DNA of 39,173 nucleotides from an uncultured Pirellulaceae bacterium (GCA_964389585.1 CAYMFZ010000002.1:6111-45283); one strand, 5' to 3'; positions 29,299-38,817 are shown, counted from the stretch's first letter. Numbers and translations: made by a program. The notes: generated from the sequence alone by a model not told the origin.

Positions 29299-29997
29299 TT
29301 AGCGAATTAGACCACGGTTTGCCGCGTCAGACTGTGAAGCTGTTCGCTGTGGCCGAGCAGAAGTCGCGTCGGTCGCGGTTGCAGGCGGTTTTGGAGTCGG
29401 CGAAAAGAACCCTGCGAATTTGCCTTTGGATGCGACATCAGAAAGTGGCAAGCAAACGCCTTGGTCACTGCAGACTTGGCCGCTAAATGTGACCTCGGCA
29501 GTTAGTTTTTCTGGAGTGGTGCCGGGAGCGACTTCGATTGGTACGAAGAATTGAACCGTGCCTTTGTGCTTTTCAAGTCGTTGTTCAAAAATGGGATCCT
29601 TTTCGATTACCGTTGGCGGTTGATCGGGTGTGAAGGTTCCTTTGAGGCGAAATTGACGCGAGTGAGCAACATCGATCTTTGACGGACGCAGAGGTGCTGT
29701 TTGAGTCATCGAATAGATGTAGCTTCCAGCGGGCATTTCCATTCGGACAACCAAGTAGCCATGATTGCTTCCTTGTTGCAGATGAAAACGCGAGGTTAAC
29801 TTATACGGTTGAGCTGGCGATTGAACTGCTGATTGAGTTGGCTGTTCAGTTTGCGAAGCCTGGTTTTGATGATGCTCGGCCGCAGAATTTGCGTTCTTTA
29901 CAAGCGGCTGAAGAGTTTGCCCAGTTGATTCACTTGCCGACAAAGCCAATGTTATCAGCGTACATGCAGAAGCGAGCAGCAGGTTGTTTAACCGCAT
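29299..29997 (-). CDS. Secreted stand-alone DsbD N-terminal domain protein
   Basis: Signal peptide; GSYIYS...GQVCSDQGVCLP resembles the N domains of the downstream DsbD (GQTCETGGSCLP). Confidence 0.82.
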   Translation of the reverse strand: MRLNNLLLASACTLITLALSASESTGQTLQPLVKNANSAAEHHQNQASQTEQPTQSAVQSPAQPYKLTSRFHLQQGSNHGYLVVRMEMPAGSYIYSMTQTAPLRPSKIDVAHSRQFRLKGTFTPDQPPTVIEKDPIFEQRLEKHKGTVQFFVPIEVAPGTTPEKLTAEVTFSGQVCSDQGVCLPLSDVASKGKFAGFFSPTPKPPATATDATSARPQRTASQSDAANRGLIR

Positions 29998-30312
29998 TCG
30001 ATCATCCTTGATCTAAATGTTTTGAAAGCCGTCTTGTTTTTCAGCGGCTTAAGTCTGCGACATCTTTGTCGCGCCACTGCTTTGCCGAATCCTTTCGGCG
30101 GCGGAGAGTACCAAGATCAGAGAACAGCCTTCAATGGCATTTCGCCAAAGTTTGAAGCCATTTACCGCGTTTTTTCTAAGAATCGGCGGCTTGGCAAGCC
30201 AATTCCTCAAAATGCCCGTTGCGTTTGATGTTTTTTGTATAAGTCAGTACAACCAATTCATCGTTATTCGCCTCACCAAAATCCAACCGATTGAAATTTT
30301 TTCGGGCTCTCC

Positions 30313-30663
30313 ATGATCGTTTTTTTGACTTCTGATTTGATGATGTCCTCGAGTGTCAGCGCCCACGCTCGCGAGAACGACATCAAGCTCAAGACCATCG
30401 ACAATGCGAATGCAATGATCAAGTTCGTAGAAGAAAATCGTCCGCTGTTGATGCTGATTGATTTGCAAACACCCAAGCTCGACGTTGAGGAGTTTGGCCA
30501 ACAGGTTCGAAGCTTGCCCGATTCTGTTTGCCCAATCACCATCGCCTACGCTCAACACGTCAACGTTGATTTGCTGACCACTGCTAAAAACGCGGGGTTC
30601 GATCAGGTAATGACGCGTGGTCAATTTAATAGTGGCGTTGCCCAAATCGTTTCTGAAGCGTGA
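30313..30663 (+). CDS. Single-domain receiver-like (CheY fold) protein, atypical
   Basis: 116 aa alpha/beta pattern with LIDLQTP, IAYAQHV and AGFDQVMTRG; lacks the canonical acidic pair and KP. Confidence 0.72.
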   Translation: MIVFLTSDLMMSSSVSAHARENDIKLKTIDNANAMIKFVEENRPLLMLIDLQTPKLDVEEFGQQVRSLPDSVCPITIAYAQHVNVDLLTTAKNAGFDQVMTRGQFNSGVAQIVSEA

Positions 30664-30739
30664 GCCAATGAGTTTTCGCTGCGAGAACTGTGAAATTGAA
30701 ATTCAATCCGACAATTATTGATTGTCGATGCGTGGTTTG

Positions 30740-30856
30740 GTGGGTAACTTCTGCCGGAAGTTTCCATGACTTACGCGTCGTCCAATGTCAGCAAGCGTTT
30801 TACCGATGAAGAAATCCACTCATTGGCTTGGTGACTCTCGGCAAGAGTCACCCACT
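30740..30856. repeat. Inverted REP doublet, family C (overlaps 3' end of acyl-CoA dehydrogenase gene)
   Basis: GTGGGTAACTTCTGCCGGAAGTTTCC ... GGTGACTCTCGGCAAGAGTCACCCAC; arms match 10712..10799 while the spacers differ. Confidence 0.85.
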
Positions 30857-31935
30857 AAATCAATTCCAGCCAACTCGCACAGGCTTGCATTGAGAACTGA
30901 CTGCGGGCAACTCCAAACCAAAAAGAAAAGGGCTTCCTGGCACCAACGACCAACGCGGTGTCCTTTGACAAAGCCAGTCCCTTTAGCGGCGACCATAGCT
31001 GATTGAGTCGAGCGCAAAACAAGACTGTTTGCCTCCGTTCTCAATTCTTCTTTGGTGCAGGATGTGATTCCCGATGCCAGTTCGAACAAAGCCTTCTTAA
31101 TTTTTGACTGCTGCTGATCAAGTGCTTCGAGTGATTTTTTCAGCTCGGGGCGTTTCAACGATTCCTCGCGAACAAACTCGATCGCGGCTTGTGACAATCC
31201 AATCGCCAAAGCAGAAGTTTGAAAACTACCGGTGCTGGGTGCTTTTCCAGCCAAAACATTTTCAGTTGGGCCGCCCAAAATCCAGTCTCGACTGACCTGA
31301 ACATCTTTGCAACGAACGACGCCTGTTTGGCTATCGGATAATGCAACGAGATCAAATCCAGGCTCGACTGTGATTCCATTTGCATCCGACGGAATCGTAA
31401 ACAAGATTTGGTTTCCGTCCGATAATTCCGCGCCCATGACGATAAATTTGGCTTGAGATCCGCCAGTGACCCAAGGGCTGAATCCGTTGACGACAAAGCC
31501 ATCGCCATCGTTGTTCGGGCTTACGGCCAAAACTGGTTTGTCGAGGTGACGACGACTCGTGGTCAAATGAGAGATTCCAACTGTCGCTGGGCCACTTCCG
31601 TCCAGAAGGCCGGGCAACAGGTTTTGCTTGAGTCCCTCATTCTCTGAAGCACAAATTCTTTTGATCGCCGCAACGCGCTGGGTAAGTACAAATGTTGTGG
31701 TCAAACACGCAGACGCAAGTTGAACATAGCCAATCGTTAAGTCGGTGCTGCTCCAACCAAGTCCGCCCAAATCTTTCGGAACAAACCAGCGGTAGACGCC
31801 GGCGAATTTTAAGAGTTCAAGTTGTTTCTCAGGCCAGCCTGTGGATGGCTCGCCAGCAGACTGGGCCAATTCGTTGCAAAGTGATTGCAGCTCTGGACTG
31901 TCTGGCGTTTCGATTTGAATGGTTTCGGAATTCAT
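30820..31935 (-). CDS. Acyl-CoA dehydrogenase superfamily protein
   Basis: FVPKDLGGLG, NGFSPWVTG, AAKGTGF and RWCQEALFFLVWSCP motifs. Confidence 0.85.
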   Translation of the reverse strand: MNSETIQIETPDSPELQSLCNELAQSAGEPSTGWPEKQLELLKFAGVYRWFVPKDLGGLGWSSTDLTIGYVQLASACLTTTFVLTQRVAAIKRICASENEGLKQNLLPGLLDGSGPATVGISHLTTSRRHLDKPVLAVSPNNDGDGFVVNGFSPWVTGGSQAKFIVMGAELSDGNQILFTIPSDANGITVEPGFDLVALSDSQTGVVRCKDVQVSRDWILGGPTENVLAGKAPSTGSFQTSALAIGLSQAAIEFVREESLKRPELKKSLEALDQQQSKIKKALFELASGITSCTKEELRTEANSLVLRSTQSAMVAAKGTGFVKGHRVGRWCQEALFFLVWSCPQSVLNASLCELAGIDLVGDSCRESPSQ

Positions 31936-32365
31936 GAATCAGATTCTTATACTCGGTGCGAGTGGTCGGAGGCTGCTGAAAATGGATGTTTAGTTTGTCG
32001 ACGCAAAACGTGCGCCAAAGAAAAACTTAAGTCATTTGAAAAAAGGTATGAATGTGTCGGAGCTGCCAAATAGGTCAATTTTTTGTAAGGAGCGAGATCC
32101 CCTATCGACAGCGCTACGTGGTTTTCCTATAAATCGCACCTCGAAAGCGACAGGTTTTCATTACATTTTATAATGACTTGATTTTTAAAAAGTTGTTGCA
32201 AACATGTTAGCGAAATCAGTCGATAACATTTTCGACGCTTTTGTTTTTGTGAACTATGCTTGATAAAACAGTTAGCACATTGCGGAAGCGAGTTTGATCA
32301 TTGGATCTCTATCGCTGATACAAAGCCGCAGAGAATTATTTGATTAACAACTGAAACATTGATAC

Positions 32366-32540
32366 AGGATATCTCCGAAACTTGACGGCTGAGGGACCAA
32401 TTTTAGGGTAGATCTAGGTCAATCAAGGCTTGTGCTTAGCACGTCCGACTTACATCTGTCTCCCAGCGACTCCCATCGCTATCACTATTCGGAGTATCTT
32501 TTACATGGCCGTAACGTCGAAAGACGTTACGGCTTTTTTT
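32366..32540 (+). ncRNA. Candidate structured ncRNA, 6S RNA-like
   Basis: Hand folding gives a long irregular rod with a central 10x10-nt bubble, followed by an intrinsic terminator. No credible plus-strand CDS ends at this terminator. Confidence 0.5.
32508..32540 (+). terminator. Intrinsic terminator
   Basis: GCCGTAACGTC-GAAA-GACGTTACGGC perfect 11-bp stem followed by T7. Confidence 0.88.
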
Positions 32541-32706
32541 GTAGAACAGTTGTCCTCAACTGTTCCGCGGTTCGAAAAAAGCATCCAATCGAATTCCAGC
32601 GAAACGTTTTTGGGTAGTTGCAAGTTGGGAAGTGTAATGGCGAGGCGGTTTTCTTCGTGCGGCATTCGTTTTCGTGCTCAGGAACAGTTGGGACAACTGT
32701 TCTACA

Positions 32707-33366
32707 CTACTGCTCCAACCTCTTCGCAATTTCTGGTGGCATTTCCAAGTCAAACCGATCCAACAACTGACGATAGTCTTCGATCGAATTAACGTTTGTC
32801 ATCGAATCGAGTTTCGAGTCACACTGCCGCAAAGATTCGACATCGGGCTGAACGGCGTTAAACGCCTTGGCCAATTCTGAAACGCGAAGCTGTCCCGCGG
32901 AGATGCGCTCGGCAATTTGTATATGTAATTCCGTTTGATAAATCGCCGTCATTCCAAAGACACGTTTCTCGCTGACCGGAACGATCGCCTGTCGTTCGCC
33001 AAGCTGATCGTGTAGGTGCTTAATGAGATTGGGTTCGATCAGCGGGACATCGCAGCTAGTAACAAACGCCAGATCAACTTGATTTGAAAGCGCTTTCAGT
33101 CCAACGCGGATTCCCTCGAGCGGTCCCCTACCCTCTTGCTCATCCGATTCAAGGATCACATCTGAGGGCAAATTGTGCTTGGCGAAATCGGTGTCGCCAA
33201 CCAATACGATTGGGGCGCAGACTTGGCTGACTTGGTTGACCACGCGCTCAAGAAACGTCTGACCTTGAAACAGCAGTTGAGTCTTGTCCATTCCCAATCG
33301 CGTCCCTTTGCCACCGCAAAGCACGACACAGCCGATGCGGATTGAATCTTCGTTTTGATTCTCCAC
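32707..33366 (-). CDS. mobA: Molybdenum cofactor guanylyltransferase
   Basis: VLCGGKGTRLG.DK, GPLEGI, CDVP and NVNS motifs. Confidence 0.85.
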   Translation of the reverse strand: MENQNEDSIRIGCVVLCGGKGTRLGMDKTQLLFQGQTFLERVVNQVSQVCAPIVLVGDTDFAKHNLPSDVILESDEQEGRGPLEGIRVGLKALSNQVDLAFVTSCDVPLIEPNLIKHLHDQLGERQAIVPVSEKRVFGMTAIYQTELHIQIAERISAGQLRVSELAKAFNAVQPDVESLRQCDSKLDSMTNVNSIEDYRQLLDRFDLEMPPEIAKRLEQ

Positions 33367-33435
33367 GTGTGTCGCCTGATTCTTTCGGATGGATTAGGTT
33401 ACAATTGGTTTTCGCGTTCCAAGTTCGAGCATCCT

Positions 33436-34248
33436 ATGGCTCTTGTTCTTAGCCAACAAGTCGAAACGTCAATTCCAATCGAAGTCCCCGGCCTGACGCC
33501 GGACGGACTCTTGGGAAAGTCAAAAGCCGAAATCGAGAAGTTTCCGATTTGGCATGGCCGCCAACAAATCGAATTGGCTGAGCTGTTTTCAGTATCGGGC
33601 AAACTCGAAAACGATGGCGTTGTGATTTTCGACGGCCATCTTCAATCGGTCCATGGAATCGGTGCGAAGATGAAGTCGGGTTCGATTCATTTAGAGACAG
33701 ATGCGGGACGGCGATTGGGATTGCAAATGGCAGGCGGCGAAATTTTCGCGAAAGGCAGCGTGTCTGATTACGCTGGAGTCGAGATGACTGGCGGAACCAT
33801 TCGGATTCGACGCGACGCTGGTAATTCGATTGGTGGTCATCAACCTGGTTCGAAATTCGGAATGAATCGTGGCTCGATCTTTGTTGGCGGCAACGTTGGA
33901 AAAGGGCTTGGGCAGGCGATGCGGCGCGGCACGATTGTAGTTGGTGGAAACGCGGGTGACGCGATCGGTTGGAACATGCTGGCGGGAACAATCGTCGTTC
34001 TAGGAAACTCAGGTGCCAACACGGGCGCCGAAATGAAACGTGGGACCATCGTCCTGGCAGGAGATCACGAAAGTCTCTTGCCGACTTTCACCCAAGGACT
34101 AACCCAACCGGTTCCGATGCTTCGCATGCTGTCCAAGTGGATGGAGCGACAGGGCTTTGAAGCGGACCTGTCGGTTTTGTCGTCAGACTTTCAAGTCCAC
34201 CACGGCGATCACTTGCATGGCGGGCGCGGCGAAGTCTTCGTGCGGTGA
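33436..34248 (+). CDS. fhcC: Formylmethanofuran dehydrogenase / formyltransferase-hydrolase complex subunit C
   Basis: Repeated GxxMxxGxIxxxG beta-helix units, LAELFSVSG, LLPTF and C-terminal GD...GRGEV. Start placed at ATG 33436. Confidence 0.88.
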   Translation: MALVLSQQVETSIPIEVPGLTPDGLLGKSKAEIEKFPIWHGRQQIELAELFSVSGKLENDGVVIFDGHLQSVHGIGAKMKSGSIHLETDAGRRLGLQMAGGEIFAKGSVSDYAGVEMTGGTIRIRRDAGNSIGGHQPGSKFGMNRGSIFVGGNVGKGLGQAMRRGTIVVGGNAGDAIGWNMLAGTIVVLGNSGANTGAEMKRGTIVLAGDHESLLPTFTQGLTQPVPMLRMLSKWMERQGFEADLSVLSSDFQVHHGDHLHGGRGEVFVR

Positions 34249-34273
34249 CGTTTGCCGATCCTAAATCTTCACG

Positions 34274-35440
34274 TCACTCTTCAAGCCAGTCCAACGAGAA
34301 CTTCGCAAACGAAATTGATTTGTAGCCGTCTTTTTCAAACAGCAAGCCAATCTGACGTTTTTTGGGAAACGCGATCAAGTTCGAATAGGCGGCGCCGTGT
34401 TCGTAGATCCGCTTTTTGATCGGCCACGTCTCCGCTTCGTCGTAACTCAGCCAAACGTGCAAGTCCGATCGCTTGACGCCACGCGGACTTGAAAACAGAA
34501 TTCGATTCTTCGACTTGGGTTCGCTTTCGTTTTCGGCTAGCGAATAGCGAATCATGCTCGCTTGGCAAACGGGAGTGTTCAATTCTCGATCTTGAACGAC
34601 ATGGCTCCAAGTCGCTCCGCCATCCGTACTAGTTGCTGCAGCCCGGAATTTGTCTTTGTGATACGAACGCATTGATTGAAGAATACTTCCCTCAGCCATT
34701 TCGACGACGGCTGACTCGTTGGTTTTGTCGTCTTGAACTCCGCCAATCTCCCATGTCTCTCCATGATCGTCTGACCAAAAGACATGGCTACGATAGGGAT
34801 GCTTCGATTCGTCGGTGTGATCTGAATGGTTGGCCGGAATAAGCAATCGACCAGAGTGTTTGCCTCGCTTCAACTGGATCGCGTTGCCAGGACCCGTCGC
34901 GTACCAGCGCCAATGTGGCTTGCGGACAGAATCTGAGATTTCACGGGGTACTGACCACGTTTCACCATGGTCATTGGATGAAGTCACGAAGACCCTACGA
35001 CCCGTCTTGCTTTCGCCAGCCTTGATTTTGCTTTCGTGATCCGATCCATGGTTCCAAGTCATCAACAACCAGATCGTCCCTGTTTCTTGGTCGACGACCG
35101 GGCACGGATTTCCACACGTGTTGTCTTGGTCGTCCCAAATGATATGTGTTGCTGACCAAGTCTTTCCCAAATCGGAACTTCGTCGCATGACTAAGTCGAT
35201 GTTGCCCGTGTCGCTGCCGTTCGTTTTTCTGCCTTCGCAAAAGACAAGGAGTGTTTGGTCATTCGTTTGCACAATCGCAGGGATCCGATAGGTGTGATAG
35301 CCGTCTTCTCCGCTGACAAAGACATCATTGAAGGTTAGCTGGCTCTTGTCCTGTGCGAAAACGGAATCAGCGTGACACAAACAAACGAGTCCGAGAGTGA
35401 GAGTAAGTCGATAGCACTGGTTGAGGATTAGATTTTTCAT
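34274..35440 (-). CDS. Secreted sialidase family (GH33) protein
   Basis: Signal peptide, YRIP motif and Asp-boxes SSDLGKTW, SNDHGETW, SDDHGETW, STDGGATW and SYDEAETW. Confidence 0.92.
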   Translation of the reverse strand: MKNLILNQCYRLTLTLGLVCLCHADSVFAQDKSQLTFNDVFVSGEDGYHTYRIPAIVQTNDQTLLVFCEGRKTNGSDTGNIDLVMRRSSDLGKTWSATHIIWDDQDNTCGNPCPVVDQETGTIWLLMTWNHGSDHESKIKAGESKTGRRVFVTSSNDHGETWSVPREISDSVRKPHWRWYATGPGNAIQLKRGKHSGRLLIPANHSDHTDESKHPYRSHVFWSDDHGETWEIGGVQDDKTNESAVVEMAEGSILQSMRSYHKDKFRAAATSTDGGATWSHVVQDRELNTPVCQASMIRYSLAENESEPKSKNRILFSSPRGVKRSDLHVWLSYDEAETWPIKKRIYEHGAAYSNLIAFPKKRQIGLLFEKDGYKSISFAKFSLDWLEE

Positions 35441-35516
35441 GGATTCGTGGATGTAGATTTAAACTGTTGATTCTAACGCGTGCCATGCGGAATTGTGTTC
35501 ATTACAATTGGAACCG

Positions 35517-36140
35517 ATGATTCTTTCTACCTTAATTCTGTGCGTTTGGATGGTTGTCGAGTTGTTTCTCGATTTAGTCGTGCCTGATGATCTTTCCGAC
35601 TCCGCCGATCAGTCGACTTGGCAGTGGATGATTGAGCGACAACGAGTCTTTCGATCCAACACGCGCGATCGGTTCTTGCGACTGACTTGTTTGGGGGATT
35701 CACTTCAAGGCATTCGAAAACGGCTGATTCAGGCTTTTAATGTCTCAAGTGATGTCTTATTGGTTGTTGGATTGATTTGCTCACTTCCGATTCTGTTTAC
35801 TTTTGTTTCGCCGTTGGCGATCTGGTTGATCGGTGCATACACGAGGGCGGTTTTGGAAGGCGGTGTATTTGACGACGGAGGATTTGGCCCAAGAGAAGAA
35901 TTGAAGTTTCTTGAAGCTCCGTCAGAGCTAAAGCCTGAAGACGCGAGTTTCGAACCAATCACAACGTCACCCGCTCAAGCCAATTGCATTGTTTGCGGTG
36001 ACGAATTGAAGTTCGGAGTCATCTATTGTGAAGACTGCGGAACACCTCAACACTACGATTGTTGGTGTTATCTTTCGAAGTGCTCAGTCTACGGTTGCGG
36101 CTGCAAGAAGTTTCGAGTCGAGAACCCCTCTGGTAATTAA
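35517..36140 (+). CDS. Membrane protein with C-terminal prokaryotic RING finger
   Basis: TM helices plus CIVCG...CEDCGTPQHYDCWCYLSKCSVYGCGC. Confidence 0.78.
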   Translation: MILSTLILCVWMVVELFLDLVVPDDLSDSADQSTWQWMIERQRVFRSNTRDRFLRLTCLGDSLQGIRKRLIQAFNVSSDVLLVVGLICSLPILFTFVSPLAIWLIGAYTRAVLEGGVFDDGGFGPREELKFLEAPSELKPEDASFEPITTSPAQANCIVCGDELKFGVIYCEDCGTPQHYDCWCYLSKCSVYGCGCKKFRVENPSGN

Positions 36141-36233
36141 AGTATTCCGATTAAAGCTTCTCCAGATTATGGCTCTTAACGTATGGAAGCAAAGAAACTT
36201 GAATCTCGTGGTTTGTCAAAGCCTAAGGTTAGG

Positions 36234-36309
36234 ATCAGCCGCAGTGCGTTAGCACCCGGTTCAACCTGGTTCAGTCGCGTAAACCGGACGCTAAAGCGTG
36301 GCGGCTGAT
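36234..36309. repeat. REP/REPIN-type element, family B
   Basis: ATCAGCCGCAGTGCGTTAGCACCCGGTT ... AACCGGACGCTAAAGCGTGGCGGCTGAT; inverted relative to 16941..17008. Confidence 0.85.
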
Positions 36310-36449
36310 TTTCTCAACTTTAAGGCGGCGTTTGGTGCATATGAGAGATTGCATCGGCGAGAATGTTGGCCAGTCTGATAAAATTCTGGTTGCCCCGATC
36401 ACACTATCTCGGTTCTAAAAACTTAAGTCAAAATTCCAGGAGAAATGAG

Positions 36450-37646
36450 ATGTCAAAGTTTGTCGCCTGCGCGTGCATCCTCGCGTTGTCCGTTGTCGCA
36501 GTTTCCCCAGTCGCAGCCCAACAAAAAAATATCGTTGAAACGGCGGCTTCGGCTGGAAATTTCAACACATTAATCGCCGCTGCCAAAGCCGCAGGACTGG
36601 CGGGTGCTCTGAGTGGAAATGATCAACTAACCGTTTTCGCTCCCACAGATGACGCTTTTGCGAAACTTGATCAGAACCTTTTGGCTTCTTTGCTGCAGCC
36701 TGAGAACAAAGACAAACTTGCTGCGATTCTGACTTACCACGTCGTGCCGGGACGAGTTTCAGCTTCGGCAGCTTACGGCTTGAATGAAGCGACGCCGCTT
36801 CAAGGCCAACGCCTAAATCTGGACTTTCGTGGCGAAAAGCCAATGGTCAATCAGGCTCAGGTCGTGGCTTCAGATATTCAGTGTTCAAACGGAGTCATTC
36901 ACGTCATCGACGAAGTTTTGCTTCCGTCCCTCGATACGATTCCAGCAACGGCGGTCAAAGCCGGAACCTTCAACACTTTGGTCGCTGCCGTTGGTGCGGC
37001 GGGCCTTGGTGATGTCCTGGGTGGCCAAGGACCTTTTACCGTTTTCGCTCCGTCCGACGACGCGTTTGCCAAACTTCCTGCGGGAACGGTTGAGAGTTTG
37101 TTAAAGCCGGAGAACAAGCAGAAGTTGGTCGACATCTTGAAGTATCACGTTGTGCAAGGAAGAGTTTACGACGAAGCGGCGGTCAAAGCCGGCAAGGCGA
37201 CAACACTGCTCAACCGTAGCGTCAAAGTCAATTTTTCAGCCGAGGGTTTGATGGTGAACGATGCGAAAGTCGTTGCCAAAAACTTGGACGCTTCTAACGG
37301 AGTGATTCACGTGATCGACTCTGTCCTTCTTCCAGGATCAAGCGTCGGACCTGCGGAAGCGTTGACGATGTTGTCGGATGCGATCAATCGTGGGGCCCCA
37401 GTTTTCAACGCGGGTCAACATCAAGAGTGCTGCAATATCTACACGGGAGCGATGACCGGTTTGATGGAGTCAGGAATTGATGGAGCTGATCAGCACACGA
37501 TGTCGATCATCTCGAACGCTCTAAGTAACGCAAACCGAACCTCGAACGACACGGATAGAGCATGGGCTTTGCGTAGTGGCGTTGATCAGCTTTATAACCG
37601 TTTGGGTTCGATGCAGATGACGACGACAGTCCAACCTCGAAACTAG
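36450..37646 (+). CDS. Secreted tandem fasciclin (FAS1 x2) protein with extra helical C-terminal domain
   Basis: Signal peptide; two sets of TVFAP.DDAF, ILxYHVV and NGVIHVID; AGGAG RBS upstream of ATG 36450. Confidence 0.92.
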   Translation: MSKFVACACILALSVVAVSPVAAQQKNIVETAASAGNFNTLIAAAKAAGLAGALSGNDQLTVFAPTDDAFAKLDQNLLASLLQPENKDKLAAILTYHVVPGRVSASAAYGLNEATPLQGQRLNLDFRGEKPMVNQAQVVASDIQCSNGVIHVIDEVLLPSLDTIPATAVKAGTFNTLVAAVGAAGLGDVLGGQGPFTVFAPSDDAFAKLPAGTVESLLKPENKQKLVDILKYHVVQGRVYDEAAVKAGKATTLLNRSVKVNFSAEGLMVNDAKVVAKNLDASNGVIHVIDSVLLPGSSVGPAEALTMLSDAINRGAPVFNAGQHQECCNIYTGAMTGLMESGIDGADQHTMSIISNALSNANRTSNDTDRAWALRSGVDQLYNRLGSMQMTTTVQPRN

Positions 37647-37717
37647 GTTGGCACGATGGGTTGGCAAATCGGTTAAATGGCAACCGTCGCCAGTCAGGTT
37701 GGGTATTCACCAAACCT

Positions 37718-37805
37718 GTGAGCCGTAGGCACTAGCCTCGGGCCAGCGTAACGAGTGGCTTATTTTTCTGGTTATCCTGGCCCGAGGCTAGCGCCTACGG
37801 CTCAC
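37718..37805. repeat. REP/REPIN-type element, family A (88 bp)
   Basis: Inverted near-identical copy of 1131..1218, including most of the spacer. Confidence 0.9.
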
Positions 37806-37863
37806 CAATCAGTGATGCTCGAAGACATCATGTGTATCGACCGTGAACCGAATGCGTTTGAAG

Positions 37864-37962
37864 TTGTGAGCCGTGCCGCGTAAGCCGAACGAAGTAGCCC
37901 GTTGAAAAAAACTGCTTCCGAAATGCCCGATACCCCAAAGCCCGGTGCCTCACGGCTCACAA
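37864..37962. repeat. Divergent family-A-related element
   Basis: Terminal inverted repeat TTGTGAGCCGTG ... CACGGCTCACAA; contains the TGA stop of the adjacent gene. Confidence 0.65.
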
Positions 37963-38817
37963 CGCTCGTCGGCTGTGACAACCATACGTCGAACACTTTC
38001 CGACGTAGTTCCAGCAGTCGAGATGGTGACGAGTTTGGCAGTCCTCACAGGAAACGCTTTGCTCAACGCCAACCGACACGCCGCACACCATGCATTTGCT
38101 TTCGCGATTCTCAACGAAAACTAATTGGGTGCCTTCGATTTCAACACCGGCAAGCGAATTCAGCATCAACCGATGAATGTCGGCGAAGCTCTTGATGATC
38201 GCAAGAATTTGACGCTTGCTCAACAATCGAGTCGCTTTGCCCCCGAACTCAACTTCGCCGCCGCTGATCGTGATCGAAATTCGCCCGTGGGCATTCTTGA
38301 CGTGAGAACGGATTCGCTTGCAAATTTTGTCGTTCAAAAGCTCCTTGATTGACTTGGCGTTATTGCCATGAACTATAAACGACTCATCAAAGCGATCATT
38401 GCCGACGGTAATGTCTTCCATTTGACGAGCTTGTTTCCAATGCCTTGTTCGTCTTTGATCAGGAAAGATCCTCAAGCGAAAACCATCTTCGGGCCAATGC
38501 GTTAGCAAGCGAATTGAGTTGACGCCGTGTTGGTTTGTGACAAAAGCTCGAAAGACCGTGCCGTTTCGACGAAACGAGATGCTCGGATTGGCGGATGTAT
38601 AATCGACGTTCCCCTTCAATCGCTTGGCGACATTTTCGAGCGTCGTGTTTTGCTTTTTCCCGACCGAGACGCTGGCTCTTGAACGATGCTGTGGTTCACT
38701 TTCGACTCGTTGGTAACGCGTGCTATAACGACGCGTTGGCGCTTGAGGAAACTTTTTGCAGACTTCGACAATGATCCGAATGGCGACGAAGAGAATGAAC
38801 AGAGCGACTTGGGGCAT
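37957..38817 (-). CDS. N-terminally anchored protein with C-terminal prokaryotic RING finger
   Basis: N-terminal hydrophobic helix, EDITVGNDRFDESFIVHG segment and CMVCG...CEDCQTRHHLDCWNYVGKCSTYGC. Confidence 0.82.
   Translation of the reverse strand: MPQVALFILFVAIRIIVEVCKKFPQAPTRRYSTRYQRVESEPQHRSRASVSVGKKQNTTLENVAKRLKGNVDYTSANPSISFRRNGTVFRAFVTNQHGVNSIRLLTHWPEDGFRLRIFPDQRRTRHWKQARQMEDITVGNDRFDESFIVHGNNAKSIKELLNDKICKRIRSHVKNAHGRISITISGGEVEFGGKATRLLSKRQILAIIKSFADIHRLMLNSLAGVEIEGTQLVFVENRESKCMVCGVSVGVEQSVSCEDCQTRHHLDCWNYVGKCSTYGCHSRRAL

Noticed and set aside
32430-32792. 120-aa and 61-aa plus-strand ORFs
   Set aside because: No recognisable motifs; both run through a strong terminator and the structured RNA, and the longer one overlaps mobA.
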